Shown here piece by piece: positions 1-13,744 of a DNA stretch of 64,000 nt. Both the position numbers and the translations under genes were made by a program. The stretch comes from Eledone cirrhosa (lineage: Eukaryota). Each line of letters begins with the position of its first letter. The first letter of the stretch is position 1. The notes below the pieces were generated by a model. It was given only the letters and a program-made list of their open reading frames with translations. It was not told where the DNA came from and ran no database searches. The stretch spans positions 38,874,001 through 38,938,000 of the forward strand of contig OZ024748.1 of the NCBI GenBank assembly GCA_964016885.1. Direction: 5' to 3'.

Positions 1-783
1 AAGGCTCTACAGACACGGGCGCCCGGGTAGGGACCCCGCCAAAAAGAACTGTCCCAGATGCGTGTGCAACGAGGAAACCGTTGCACACACATTGGTACAC
101 TGCTCGGGCGTAGCCGATCTGTGGGGCTATGTCGAACAACTGCTGTCAAGGGTGGGACCGATCCGGTTGACCACCGAGTCTATTGTAATGATCAAGCCGC
201 CTCCCCCCTTCAAAGATGCAGCAGAGGCGGTGTTTCTGTGCGTAATAGCCATGGCGAAAGAGGTTGTATGGTGGACGCGTCTGAAAGGACTAAGGTCAGG
301 CACCTTTCTCTCTGGCCAACAACTGGTCCGTTTCTTCCGATATCATTTCGGAAGAAGGATCAGGATGGAGAGAGAGGTGCTGCACCCCAGTCGTTTTTAT
401 GAAAGGTGGGTGAAAGTGGCGAGAATGGCCCGTGTGAATGGGCCTTCACTCTACATCAGACTATAGGTGAGGAAGATGAAAGACCAAGGGAGCACCCCTT
501 CTCTGTGCTCCTGAGGAAAAGGGTTGCACACTTTTTCGGGGGTGTGTGCGACCCCCCAAGGCGCCTCCTCTCTATTGAGGATTTTGTTATAAATTTTATT
601 TTTTGTTATATTTTATAACAAAATCCTCTATTGAGGAATTTGTTATAATTCTATTTTTTGTTATATTTTATTTTATTTTTATATATTGTTATTGCCTCCT
701 CCCTATTGAGGACGCCTTGTTTTGTAAACTCCCCCCATTGTACTTGTCCCACTTTTGATGCCCTTGTGGCAAATAAAAGAAAC
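1..783 (+). mobile_element. 3' end of Tx1-like (L1 clade) non-LTR retrotransposon: ORF2 C-terminus plus 3' UTR, running off the window start
   Basis: Frame 2..466 reads ...KNCPRCVCNEETVAHTLVHC (CX2CX8HX4C zinc knuckle)...WVKVARMARVNGPSLYIRL*, clearly homologous to ORF 28135..28491. The UTR ends GCCCTTGTGGCAAATAAAAGAAAC. Confidence 0.9.
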
Positions 784-822
784 ATATCTAACTATCTACC
801 TATTTATCTATTTATCTATCTA

Positions 823-875
<53 letters not shown>

Positions 876-879
<4 letters not shown>

Positions 880-1142
880 ATAATATCAATAAATGGAAAA
901 TATATTTATAAAACCATATTTATAAAGATATATTCCATTTATCAATATTATTAACTTTGCCTTTCATCCTTACGGGGTCGATAAAATAAAGTACCAGTAA
1001 TACAGTGGGATAATTGCTGGCCTCGTGCCAAAAGTAGAAAAAATTATTGATATTAATGATACTCCGGATAAAAACTGATGAGTGCTTCTAATCTGTTGTA
1101 AGATTAACATTGTTGAATAATCAACAAATCAAATAACTCATT

Positions 1143-1146
<4 letters not shown>
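876..1146 (+). mobile_element. Fold-back cassette in (TA)n with ACTCC...GAGTGC tail, interrupted by a SINE
   Basis: ATCAATAATATCAATAAATGGAA..TTCCATTTATCAATATTATT[SINE]GATA is self-complementary. Same family as 16831-17250; the tail also recurs at ~35835-35920. Confidence 0.7.
951..1045 (+). mobile_element. 5'-truncated tRNA-derived SINE
   Basis: AACTTTGCCTTTCATCCTTACGGGGTCGATAAAATAAAGTACCAG...GTGCCAAAAGTAGAAA matches the 3' half of full copies such as 20927-21111. Confidence 0.9.
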
Positions 1147-1203
<57 letters not shown>

Positions 1204-1207
<4 letters not shown>

Positions 1208-1371
1208 AACGAGTAGGACACCGATGGCTGACTCAGTCCAGAATTAGCCGTCGAAACGGCTTGAGCTCAGCCTGCGGGGTCCTACTCGTTCCTATTACCC
1301 ACTCTACTACCCTAAGTATTGAGTACTTTGGTGCGTTATGGTCCATCTGGTTCCTTACCACTTTTCCTTCG

Positions 1372-1373
<2 letters not shown>
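1204..1373 (+). mobile_element. Fold-back cassette in (TA)n with tail; same family as 57278-57500
   Basis: TAGGAACGAGTAGGAC...GTCCTACTCGTTCCTA arms at 1204-1294, then a tail with ACTC (1301) and GAGTAC (1321), then (TA)n. Confidence 0.8.
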
Positions 1374-1422
<49 letters not shown>

Positions 1423-1454
1423 TATTTATCTATCTACCTATCAATCTATATCAG

Positions 1455-1697
1455 CCTGTAGGTTGAGGAAAAAGAGGAAGAGAGGAAAGGGGTACTCACT
1501 CTTCGTACTCCTGGAGATGAGGGTTGCACATTTTTTCGGGGGTATGTGTTACCCATATGTAATGTTTCCCCCTATTGGGGAAAATCGATTCATTTTAAAT
1601 TGCATTTGTGATAGTATTTTACACGTTTTTATTGTATGTAAACTTCCCCCTTTGTATTTGTCCCCTTCTTTTGTGCCCCTGTGGCTAATAAAGAAAC
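1455..1697 (+). mobile_element. Severely 5'-truncated Tx1-like LINE (stop codon plus 3' UTR only)
   Basis: CCTGTAGGTTGAGGAA matches the ORF end at ~28486, and GGGTTGCACATTTTTTCGGGGGT matches ~521-543. Ends GCCCCTGTGGCTAATAAAGAAAC, flanked by TATC repeats. Confidence 0.8.
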
Positions 1698-2119
1698 ATA
1701 TCTATCTATCTGGATGAATGGATGTATATATGGTGTCAGTGTTCTCTTTAAATACCGATTCTCGTGAGAGCCACGCCAAGAATTAGCAACATCCCATTCA
1801 TCAAGCCACAATGTCCACAATTGTTATTGTTTCTCTACTACTTCTGGTTGTTATTTGTACTTTTAACAGTAGAACATCCTTGCCCACCCCCACGGGACAT
1901 GCCAATATCTTCCAGAACTGCAAACCAGGGTGTCGGAAATATCTACCGCCGTCCCCCACCCTCCGATATATTTCCAATTTGCCCTAGGTCCTGGCAGGAA
2001 TAGGTTGACCTTTCTATACAAAATGTCACAGGTTGAGGGGTTATGGTGTGGGAGGGGTTGTCTAGGTAAGGGGTGGAACGGTAAGTACTGTCCTCGAAAA
2101 CAATGTTTAGTTTACGACA

Positions 2120-3305
<1,186 letters not shown>

Positions 3306-3799
3306 ATACATTATAAAGAAAGAAGAAACATTAGATATAATTAATAAGATATACCATACCCAAATTTCTTTATTACTCCTCGACTACATAGTTTCGTGGC
3401 ATATTGTGCAAAAACACTACATCACAGAGATGCAGTATTTTTGTGAGGTTTGCCGACTTATCAAGAGGATACCTCATTTAGAGTTTCAAAACACATCCGT
3501 AGGACGCGAGATGGAATCCCGAAAGGCGGAGGGGGAGTCAATCACGTGATACAGCGGTCAAGAAACAGAGCTAAGCCTCTTACAACCAAGAAAAAAATAC
3601 CACAAAGGCGGAGGGGGTACTTAGATCAAAGCCGTAGAAGAGATGGTTAGGATGGCCGAAGTTTGAGTAATGATAGCTTTCCAGCAGTCACTACACTTCA
3701 ATGGTGACTCTACCTTAGGGAGTTATAAACAATATAAAGAAATACACAGATACATGCGAACACATACATATACATGAATATATCCACATATATCCTTGA

Positions 3800-3838
<39 letters not shown>

Positions 3839-3881
3839 CTATATATATATATATATATAACTATATATATATATATATATA

Positions 3882-3945
<64 letters not shown>

Positions 3946-3949
<4 letters not shown>

Positions 3950-4170
3950 TGTACGGCGTAATTCGGGCACTTTGTTTACAAACAAACCGAACATTATAAT
4001 AAATGTTCGGTAAACCCATACGTACATATATATATATGTGCATGTATATATATACATACTATTGTACGTCTGTATACATATATGTATGTACGTATACATA
4101 CATACTTACACTTAAGTATCAGCCGTACTAAGAGTGAGAAATGAAATTTCATTTCATTCTTTTCCATTTA
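3946..4170 (+). repeat. Dispersed repeat homologous to ~52630-52820 (probable Penelope-like element 3' tail)
   Basis: GTAATTCGGGC..TGTTTACAAACAAACCGAACATTATAATAAATGTTCGGTAAACCCATACG and GTATCAGCCGTACTAAGAGTGAGAAATGAAATTTC occur in both places. Confidence 0.75.
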
Positions 4171-4641
4171 TATATATATTCATATAAATATATATGTATA
4201 TATATACATATATATATATATATGTGTGTGTATATATATACATATATATTTATATGAATATATATATAAATGGAAAAGAATATATATATATATATATACA
4301 TATATATGTATATATGTATATATATACATATATATGTATATATATATACATATATATATGTATATATATACATATATACATATATATATGTGTGTGTAAT
4401 AAAAGGAGCAACAGTCTGTTGGGAACAGTTTAGGTTTTAGGTGTTTGTTGACATAGCAACGCCAAAGTAATATTTATTAAACATATCATAACTTTGTATA
4501 TAATTTAAATATATATACATATTGAATGTTTGTGTATACACACATTCCTACATACACACATATATATATACATGATATATATATATACTTGTATCTCTAT
4601 CTGTATTCACGTGCATACAGGCAGGCGTGTCCTTTTATGCC

Positions 4642-4730
<89 letters not shown>

Positions 4731-5315
4731 TATACACACATATTTATACACACATATATACAGACATGCATAGAAAGAGTCAAGCAAGACGGATATTAAC
4801 ATGTATTGTGTGTGGTGTTGCATCTGAAATGTGTCAACTTGAGAAGACTAAGGTGTTTTGTAAAGCATTACTGTATATATCGTTAAGTAAATTGAAACCG
4901 TGTAACTGTCAGTTGAGTACGTGTGTTTCTCTGCTATTAACTTTCATCACAGCTCCGATTTCCTTCTCGGAATCTGGAAAAAATTTGACATGCGACATTT
5001 TTGCGGGAAGGTTTTGGGTCTTTTTTTTTTTTTTTTCGATTCTTTATTTTTTTGTTCTTAATGTGTTTGGGTGGGTGTGTTTTTTTTTTGTTCTTTTTCG
5101 GGATATGTAAGTCTCACAGTTAAATGTCCAATCTTTGTTGAATAAATATAAATAAACTAAACATTATACTATAATCAATTTAAACAACAATGCCATTTCT
5201 TCAACATATTTCACTTATTTTACATACTTCTTCGCCCTCCCCCACCCCAACACTCGGCAGAGGACCCCCCCCCCCCAACAACCTACCACTACTACAATTA
5301 CTACTGCTGCTGCTG

Positions 5316-5357
<42 letters not shown>

Positions 5358-5984
5358 TTACCACATGTTACTCTATCAGTATGCTGGTTTGTTCTACCTC
5401 TCTATATTTTCCTATGCATGATGTCATATATATATATATATGTGTGTGTGTGTGTATATAATATACTCTCTCTCTCTTTCTCTCTCTTTCTCTCTCTTTC
5501 TCTCTCTTTCTCTCTCTCTCTCTTATATATATATGTATGTGTGTGTGTGTGTGTGTGCACACGTTTGGTTGTACAAACGAGAGAAACAGAACTCAATACA
5601 TGGAGACAGTGATGTATAATTGAGGAGAGGGAAAACGTGTTGAAGCTTTCTCTGGTGGACTGCACCTGTAAGGTAAAAGAGCCAGCTAGATTTTGTCACA
5701 CAGTGTCACACTGAATCTCCCTGAGGTTTACATTATTGCTGCACGTGTCTGTGGAATGCTCAAACACTTGTACCTTATTGTCATTACTAACAGGCTGCTC
5801 CGTTGATCAAACAACTGGAAGACTCATCGTCGAAATCGACGGAGATCTGTTCCATTCCTTGCGAGTAACTGATATATACATGTCTTGTGTGGTAATAAAC
5901 ATCGGTCTGACGTAAGCTTGACATGATCTTCACAGCAGCGTGCCACCGTATCATCACTTCCTCCTACTCCTTCTCCTCACATTC

Positions 5985-6370
5985 TCATGTCTTGTATCTA
6001 TGTAAGACATGTCCACCATTTTAACTCCTTCTCCTCCTCCCCTCACCCTCTCACTCTGACGTCTTGTATCTATGTAAGACATGTCCACCATTTTAACTCC
6101 TCCTCCTCTCACCCTCTCACTCTGACGTCTTGTATCTATGTAAGACATGTCCACCATTTTAACTCCTCTCACCCTCTCACCCTCTCACCCTCTCACCCTG
6201 ACATCTTGTAGCTATGTAAGATATGTATATAACAACTCTGTGTAAGATATGTATATAACAACTCTATGTAAGATATGTATATAACAACTCTATGTAAGAT
6301 ATGTATATAACAACTCTATGTAAGATATGTATATAACAACTCTGTGTAAGATATGTATATAACAACTCTG
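5985..6370. repeat. Two adjacent minisatellites: ~70-bp unit x3, then 26-bp unit x6
   Basis: GTCTTGTATCTATGTAAGACATGTCCACCATTTTAACTCC... x3; TGTAAGATATGTATATAACAACTCT(A/G) every 26 bp from 6215 to 6370. Confidence 0.9.
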
Positions 6371-6458
6371 TTTAAACTGGTAGAAAGTCAGAGATACCAG
6401 AACCAGTGGTCTTACGGAAGAGGAGAATCAAAAACACTCGCAAACAGAAAATATAAAC

Positions 6459-7503
6459 AGAGACATAACTAAGGAAAATAGCCCCTATGGCAATCAGTGA
6501 TGTTGTGACCCCTGTCCAGAGACATAACTAAGGAAAATAGCCCCTATGGCAATCAGTGATGTTGTGACCCCTGTCCAGAGACATAACTAAGGAAAATAGC
6601 CCCTATGGCAATCAGTGATGTTGTGACCCCTGTCCAGAGGTATAACTAAGGAAAATAGCCCCTATGGCAATCAGTGATGTTGTGACCCCTGTCCAGAGAC
6701 ATAACTAAGGAAAATAGCCCCTATGGCAATCAGTGATGTTGTGACCCCTGTCCAGAGGTATAACTAAGGAAAATAACCCCTATGGCAATCAGTGATGTTG
6801 TGACCCCTGTCCAGAGACATAACTAAGGAAAATAGCCCCTATGGCAATCAGTGATGTTGTGACCCCTGTCCAGAGACATAACTAAGGAAAATAGCCCCTA
6901 TGGCAATCAGTGATGTTGTGACCCCTGTCCAGAGACATAACTAAGGAAAATAGCCCCTATGGCAATCAGTGATGTTGTGACCCCTGTCCAGAGGTATAAC
7001 TAAGGAAAATAGCCCCTATGGCAATCAGTGATGTTGTGACCCCTGTCCAGAGGTATAACTAAGGAAAATAGCCCCTATGGCAATCAGTGATGTTGTGACC
7101 CCTGTCCAGAGGTATAACTAAGGAAAATAGCCCCTATGGCAATCAGTGATGTTGTGACCCCGGTCCAGAGGTATAACTAAGGAAAATAGCCCCTATGGCA
7201 ATCAGTGATGTTGTGACCCCTGTCCAGAGGTATAACTAAGGAAAATAGCCCCTATGGCAATCAGTGATGTTGTGACCCCTGTCCAGAGGTATAACTAAGG
7301 AAAATAGCCCCTATGGCAATCAGTGATGTTGTGACCCCTGTCCAGAGGTATAACTAAGGAAAATAGCCCTTATGGCAATCAGTGATGTTGTGACCCCTGT
7401 CCAGAGACATAACTAAGGAAAATAGCCCCTATGGCAATCAGTGATGTTGTGTCCCCTGTCCAGAGGTATAACTAGGGAAAATAGCCCCTATGGCAATCAG
7501 TGA
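6459..7503. repeat. 59-bp tandem repeat, about 17.7 highly homogeneous copies
   Basis: Unit AGAG(AC/GT)ATAACTAAGGAAAATAGCCCCTATGGCAATCAGTGATGTTGTGACCCCTGTCC, with no spacers. Confidence 0.97.
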
Positions 7504-7791
7504 AATTACACCTCTACCCAGCACTGTATTTTTACCTATGGAGATCTAATAATTTATATAAATGGTTTAATGATCCAGGCACCATAGTGTTTTCACCCAT
7601 GATAGAGACATATCATACATCTGAAGGAGTTTCTTTACTTTCCGACGAGGTTTATTTTACTTTAATGGAACGAGCTCCTAGAGTCCGAAACGTTAAAACT
7701 CTCACCCTATTATTTCAAACGTAAAACTAATATATTTTGTCATTGAACTGTTATTTGCTTTGTTATTTATGTTTGCCTTTTGCATATCTAC

Positions 7792-7822
<31 letters not shown>

Positions 7823-8235
7823 ACAGGGAGAAAGAGACGATTATTAGGAAGAATAAAATGTTTCCTTATTGGTACGATGGATGAAAGTAGCGTTGTCTAT
7901 AAATTTGTAAATGGGGAAAAGTTTTTAAGTTTGGATGTTGGTTGTGTGCACAATTGGCGATATGTTCACTAAATGCAATCTTTCTGTATTCCTGTATTTT
8001 AATTTGTATGGACGGCCATACGTTGACGGAGGCTGTTTTTTGTCTTTCCTATGTAGTGCTTTTGACAGCCTGAGCAGGTCAAAACATAGATTAGATTTTC
8101 AGATGCACATGTAAAGTTGTGTTTAATTGTGAAATGTTGTCCTTGTTTAAAATGGAATGTTGAACCTTCTATTAGATTTATGCATATGCCACAGTTGGGC
8201 CTTCCGCATTTTGTTACTGTATATATATATATATA

Positions 8236-8700
8236 ATTGTTGTGGGATGTTTAAAGCGTCCGTAAGAGGTAGGCCGTTTGAGCACTCGATGCTCTTACAG
8301 AGCAGAGTATAATATCACATAAGAAACGGAGAATCAGTGGTGCGACGAATAAAATTTATTAGACATATTACAATCGTTTCCCTGGCGACCAGCTCCAGGA
8401 ACGATCGATGCAATGATCGAACCTAACCCTGAAATCGCAAGATCCTCATATACGTCTTGATTCTACGAAGCAGAGTTTCCAAATGTCCAGTTACAGTAAA
8501 TGTCCAGTAAATGTCCAGTAACTGGACATTTGGAAATTCTGCTTTGTAGAATCGAGACGTATATGAGTATCTTGCGATTTCAGAGTTAGGTTCGATCATC
8601 ACATCGACCGTGCCTCGCGCTGGTCGCTAGAGAAACGATTGTAATATGTCTAAGAAATGTTATTCGTCGCACCACTGATTCTCCGTTTCTTATGTGATAT
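8236..8700 (-). mobile_element. Fold-back cassette (~180-bp arms, 8312-8700) with left-side tail, in (TA)n
   Basis: ATATCACATAAGAAACGGAGAATCAGTGG...CCACTGATTCTCCGTTTCTTATGTGATAT. The minus-strand tail reads TATACTCTGCTC...TCGAGTGC. Confidence 0.85.
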
Positions 8701-8773
8701 ATATCTATATATATATATATATATATATAATCCTTTACAACATTGTTTCCCTGTTTTCCCTGTTCAAGTTATT

Positions 8774-8832
8774 ACTGCCTGATGAGCTCATAGCTGTTGA
8801 ATAATGGATATCACTGAAATATATATAGCAGC
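8774..8832 (+). ncRNA. Degenerate type I hammerhead ribozyme (family of 57114-57169)
   Basis: ACTGC-CTGATGA-(imperfect stem II)-GAAA-TATATA-TA-GCAGC. Confidence 0.6.
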
Positions 8833-8879
8833 AAATATGATAAACGAGGCTAATTTTGCCCTGTTAACTTACACTTCTT

Positions 8880-8954
<75 letters not shown>

Positions 8955-9734
8955 GTTGGGTGGGAGAAGAGAGATGACTTGAGGATGTCAGAAATGTAAT
9001 ACTGCTTAAGTCTTGAGATATCCACAGATCAACTTTTAAGACTTGAATCAACCCCAGAGCCTTGATCATAGGAAAATGTCACATATTAAAACATATGATA
9101 TATGGTTGTCACAGCTTAAGATGTTGGATATACAGATGTTACTGCTTAAGACATATATTATCTGGCTAGATTAAGTTATATGATCCCAGTATCTCAAAGC
9201 TTAAGATATATAATTTGGCGCTTTTACAGATTAATTTGTGTGAATAAACATGAAAATAGTTTCAACTGAATCCGGATAATAAGAAATATTTGTTAAAACT
9301 ATTTTGTTACCATATTTTTAATGAAACACAAGCAATGTGTTTTAATTAATGTTGAAAGTAATAAAGATTTTGAAAGAATTTAGTATTAATATAACAATGT
9401 TTTCATTGTTAAGCTGTAGGCAGTAGATTGACAGAATCGTTAGAGCATCGGACAAAACATTTTGTGCTATTTAGTTACGATGTTGTCCAAGAGAAAGGCT
9501 AAAGCCGTTTCAGATATCTTAGCAACAATGTCATCGCAACTCACAGAGTGGACTGAAGCAATATTAAGTAAAGTGTCTTGCTCAAGGACATAATGCCCCA
9601 CTCGGTTCGGGAATCAAGTTTCACCATCGTACGATCGCTAGCTCTACAACTTTATCACTGCGCCACGTATCTTCGTGTTTGTGTATACATAGATATGTAT
9701 GTACATATGTATGTATGTACGTATGTATATATAT

Positions 9735-10339
9735 CAGGTCACCAGTTGGTGCTACTGGTAACATGTATCCCAGTACAACCTGTCTCATGGTCGGGTCGTT
9801 GGCGACTAAACTGGCAACCCCACCAAGCTTTCTTGGTGAGGAGGGTGACTTTGGACATCCTGCAGGACTAAAAACAAAACCTGTCAAAGGGCAAAGGAGC
9901 TCTTAAGAGTCAATGGCCATCCAAAATCACCGGGAGAGATGACCCCTTAACCTTTGTCAAGGCAGAATTCTAGGAGAAGGAAAACTCTGATATTACACCT
10001 GCAACCCTGATGGTATCCAATGATGTTGACTTGTTCTTCTTTTTGGTAAATATCATCTTGGTTAAGAGAGTGGGACTGGCTTTGAGCAGTGCCTTTGCTC
10101 ACTATAAAAGCTTCACGGCACAGGCATTGCTTTATATCTGGAGATCTCTCTGCACTTGTCGTCACATGGTACCATGGGCCCAGCACTATGTGTTAATTGT
10201 CACAGGTGTAGTATTTGTACCAGAGTTTTCAAGTCGCTGGCTGGACTAAAAAGTCACACTCGTTCAGCGCATCGGTAGGGGTTCTCCTACATGGATATAA
10301 AGTAGTGGCTGTACTCGAAAACGAGTTGGCAGCCACCAT
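9735..10339 (-). mobile_element. ~605-bp dispersed repeat with fixed ends (probable non-autonomous retroelement); strand tentative
   Basis: Near-identical to 61228-61835 with the same termini (TCAGGTCACCAG...GGCAGCCACCAT); both lie in TA/TATG tracts. Confidence 0.8.
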
Positions 10340-10880
10340 GTATGTACGTATGTCTCTATGTATGTATGTACCTATGTTCGTATGTATGTGTGTGTATGTA
10401 TTTATGTATGTATGTCCATCGCTTGTTCCCTTTCTCAATTTCTCCCCGATGTATTTTTCCACTATCTTTTCTTTCATTAACCCTTTCCAAGACAATCTTC
10501 CAAACCCGAAGCCCCTAATACACCCTTCTCTCATTTCTTCACATCTTCCCAGTTCCCACCATCTTCAGGTCTCCTTTGACTCCCGGTTCTTCGGATTTCA
10601 CTAGAGAACTTAAAACAAAAGAAAAACATATTCTTATTTCTAGACTCTGAACCGAAGAGATCCCTAAACAATAGCGCATGTATCAAAGGGTAGAGCAGAA
10701 GTGAGGAAGGGTTTTCCTGAACCCTAACACAATAAACAACACACTTATATAGTGTCAAACACAAATACAACCACAAAGTTCTTTCCCTACATATACAGTA
10801 ACTTCCGGTCCGTGAAAGATTTCCGCTTCAAAAAAGTTCTGAGTAGACATGTATATATGTACGTATTTCATTATGCATAA

Positions 10881-10953
<73 letters not shown>

Positions 10954-10989
10954 ATATATATATAAAGTGTATATATATATAAATACTTC

Positions 10990-11039
<50 letters not shown>

Positions 11040-11108
11040 TTCATATATATATATATATATATAAAGTATATATATATAAAGTGTATATATATATATATAT
11101 AAATACTT

Positions 11109-11170
<62 letters not shown>

Positions 11171-11335
11171 ATATATATATATATATAAAGTATATATATA
11201 TATATATAAAGTATATATATATATATATAAAGTATATATATATATATAAAGTATATATATATATATAAAGTATTTATATATATATGAAGTATATATATAT
11301 ATATATAAAGTATATATATATATATATATAAAGTG

Positions 11336-11368
<33 letters not shown>

Positions 11369-11520
11369 CTATACATATGTTTTAGTTAAGTTCTGTGAGT
11401 TGGTTTCAGTTTCTAGAGGTTGTTTACAATTTCACTTACGTTCTGAATGAGAAAAGAAGTGTGGGTGGGTGTGTGTGGGTGTGTGGGTGGGTGTGTGTGT
11501 GTGTGTGTGTGAGTGTGTGG

Positions 11521-11567
<47 letters not shown>

Positions 11568-11570
<3 letters not shown>

Positions 11571-11875
11571 GCAGGGACTTGGCAGAGTCGTTAGAACGTC
11601 AGACAAGATGTTTTGTGGTATTTGATCTCACTCTGTTCTCACTCTGAGTTCAAACCCAGCCAAGGTCAACTTTTTTCCATCCGAGGTCGATAATAAAAGT
11701 ACCAGTCAAGTACTGGAGTCGATTCTTTCACTAAACCTCTTTCTCACTTCCATTCTCTCAGACTTTCTCTCCTTCTTTGGAAGAAAGCTGCTGTGTTCAA
11801 CCCTGGAGAAGAGATGTGCTCCCAAGAAACACCGTACGCCACTGCGACTCCATCAGGAACTGCGGGACCATACCA
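11568..11875 (+). mobile_element. Diverged long-tail SINE subfamily copy
   Basis: TGGCAGAGTCGTTAGA (A-box-like), GAGTTCAAA (B-box-like), core GGTCGATAATAAAAGTACCAG, and tail GGAAGAAAGCTGCTG..AAGAAACACCGTA shared with 18896-19234. Confidence 0.7.
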
Positions 11876-12067
11876 TAGGGTGGGATTTGAACTCAGAACG
11901 CAAAGGGCCATAACTCTATGCTGCAAAGCATGGCGTCCGACGTCCCTCTACCGATACTGCCAATCCACAACAGTAACAACAGCAGCATGGGTCTGAAAGG
12001 TTTTACTGGGAGTGGGGAGGGGTAAACCGCGGGAGAGAAAGATGAGCTACGAATGGGGAGAGTGGGG

Positions 12068-12442
12068 GGGATTAGAGATATCCCGTGGGGGAGGAGAGTA
12101 AGGGTGGGGGTTAGAGATGTCCCACGTGGGAGGAGAGTAAGGCGGAGGGGGGGTGTTAGAGATGTCCCGCATGGGAGGAGAGTAAAGGTGGGGGTTAGAG
12201 CTGTCCCGCGGGGGAGGGGAATAGTGAGATATGGCCGGGGTTAGAGATGTCCCGCAGGGGAAGAGAGTAAAGGTGGGGGTTAGAGCTGTCCCGCGGGGGA
12301 GGGAATAGTGAGATATGGCCGGGGGTTAGAGATGTCCCGCAGGGGAAGAGAGTAAAGGTGGGGGTTAGAGATGTCCCGCGGGGGAGGAGAGTAAGGGTGG
12401 GGTTAGAGATGTCCCGCGGGGGAAGGGAATAGTGAGATATGG
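12068..12442. repeat. G-rich minisatellite, ~37-40-bp units
   Basis: GGGGTTAGAGATGTCCCGCGGGG(GAGGAGAGTAA/AGGGAATAGTGAGATAT) repeated about 10 times. Confidence 0.9.
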
Positions 12443-12534
12443 GCGGGTGCCAGCTTCATAATAACACCGTATGTCAACAATAACTGTGTAGACATAATGT
12501 CGAGAATACCGGAAACAGGAACACATTAGAATAC

Positions 12535-12535
12535 A

Positions 12536-12583
<48 letters not shown>

Positions 12584-12988
12584 GCTACTACTACTGCTAC
12601 TACTACTGCTATAACAGACAACTGCTGCTACTACTACTGCTACTACTGCTACTACTACTACTACTACTGCTACTACTGCTACTACTACTACTACTACTGC
12701 TACTACTGCTACTACTGCTATTACTACTGCTACCACTACTGTTGCTGTTGCTCCTACTGTTGTTGCTACTACTACCACTACTTCTGCTGCTGCTCCTGCT
12801 ACTACTACTACTACTACTACTGCTCCTGCTACTACTACTACTACTACTACTACTACTGCTCCTGCTACTACTACTACTGCTCCTGCTACTACTACTACTG
12901 CTCCAGCTACTACTACTGTTGCTGCTACTACTGCTACTACTACTACTACTACTGCTGCTGCTCCAGCTACTACTACTACTACTACTAT

Positions 12989-13022
<34 letters not shown>

Positions 13023-13056
13023 ACTACTACTACTACTACTACTACTACTGCTCCAG

Positions 13057-13115
<59 letters not shown>

Positions 13116-13146
13116 GCTCCAACTACTACTACTACTACTACTACTG
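12535..13146. repeat. (CTA/CTG)n trinucleotide tract
   Basis: Directly visible; gives poly-L/S/V pseudo-ORFs. Confidence 0.95.
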
Positions 13147-13369
13147 TAACAACCACTACAGCAGTAGCAACAGTGAAAACAACAACAACATTGTGTTGTG
13201 GGAATATTTGTAACACGAGAAAAAATAAACATAAGCCTTAAAAAGAAAAAGAGTCACGTGGTTGAACGACAAGGTAGAAATAGCAGCCAAATCTCCTTCA
13301 CATCTCACCTTTGTGGTTTTGGTTTTAAAAAACAAACAGGACATATTGGATAATATAGGTGCATGTATG

Positions 13370-13686
13370 CTCCGTAACTTCTAGGGGTCCCCTATTGACT
13401 TAGTGTTTCTAGGGTATTTTAAACCTGACAGAACCCGTCTCTCCAGGCCTGAGTTCAGCAGATTTCTTCCAGAGAAGGAGAGAGGGTGTGAGAGAGAGGA
13501 AGTGAGAAAGAGATATATAGAGGAAGAATCGATCCCAGTACAAGACTGGTATTTTTTTATCGACCTCAAATGGATAAATGGTAAAGTTGACCTCGGCGAG
13601 ATTTGAACTCAGAGAGTCGAGAGCTTGAACGAATACCGCACCGAGTTCTATCTGTCGTTCTAATTACTCTGTCAAATAGCCACCAA
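13370..13686 (-). mobile_element. Diverged long-tail SINE subfamily copy
   Basis: Reverse complement of the SINE core (CTGGTATTTTTTTATCGACC..GTTGACCTCGGCGAGATTTGAACTCAG) with a (GA)-rich linker and tail. Confidence 0.7.
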
Positions 13687-13744
13687 CATAGGTACAGACG
13701 CCTCTAAAACATATTTGATCGTGGGTTTACAGGAGCAGAGTTGA

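Noticed and set aside
6459-7503. CRISPR-like regular repeat
   Set aside because: Units are contiguous with no unique spacers, there are no cas genes, and the context is eukaryotic.
9578-10604. Duplicated small protein genes (ORFs repeated at 61052-62185)
   Set aside because: Overlapping short ORFs on both strands of a dispersed repeat, with no recognisable motif.
10520-10830. ETS-like CCGGAAGT motif (10801-10808, minus) and possible short exon as a promoter
   Set aside because: A single short motif is not enough evidence without transcript data.
12068-12442. Interstitial telomeric repeat
   Set aside because: GGGTTAG occurs singly per unit, not as (TTAGGG)n.
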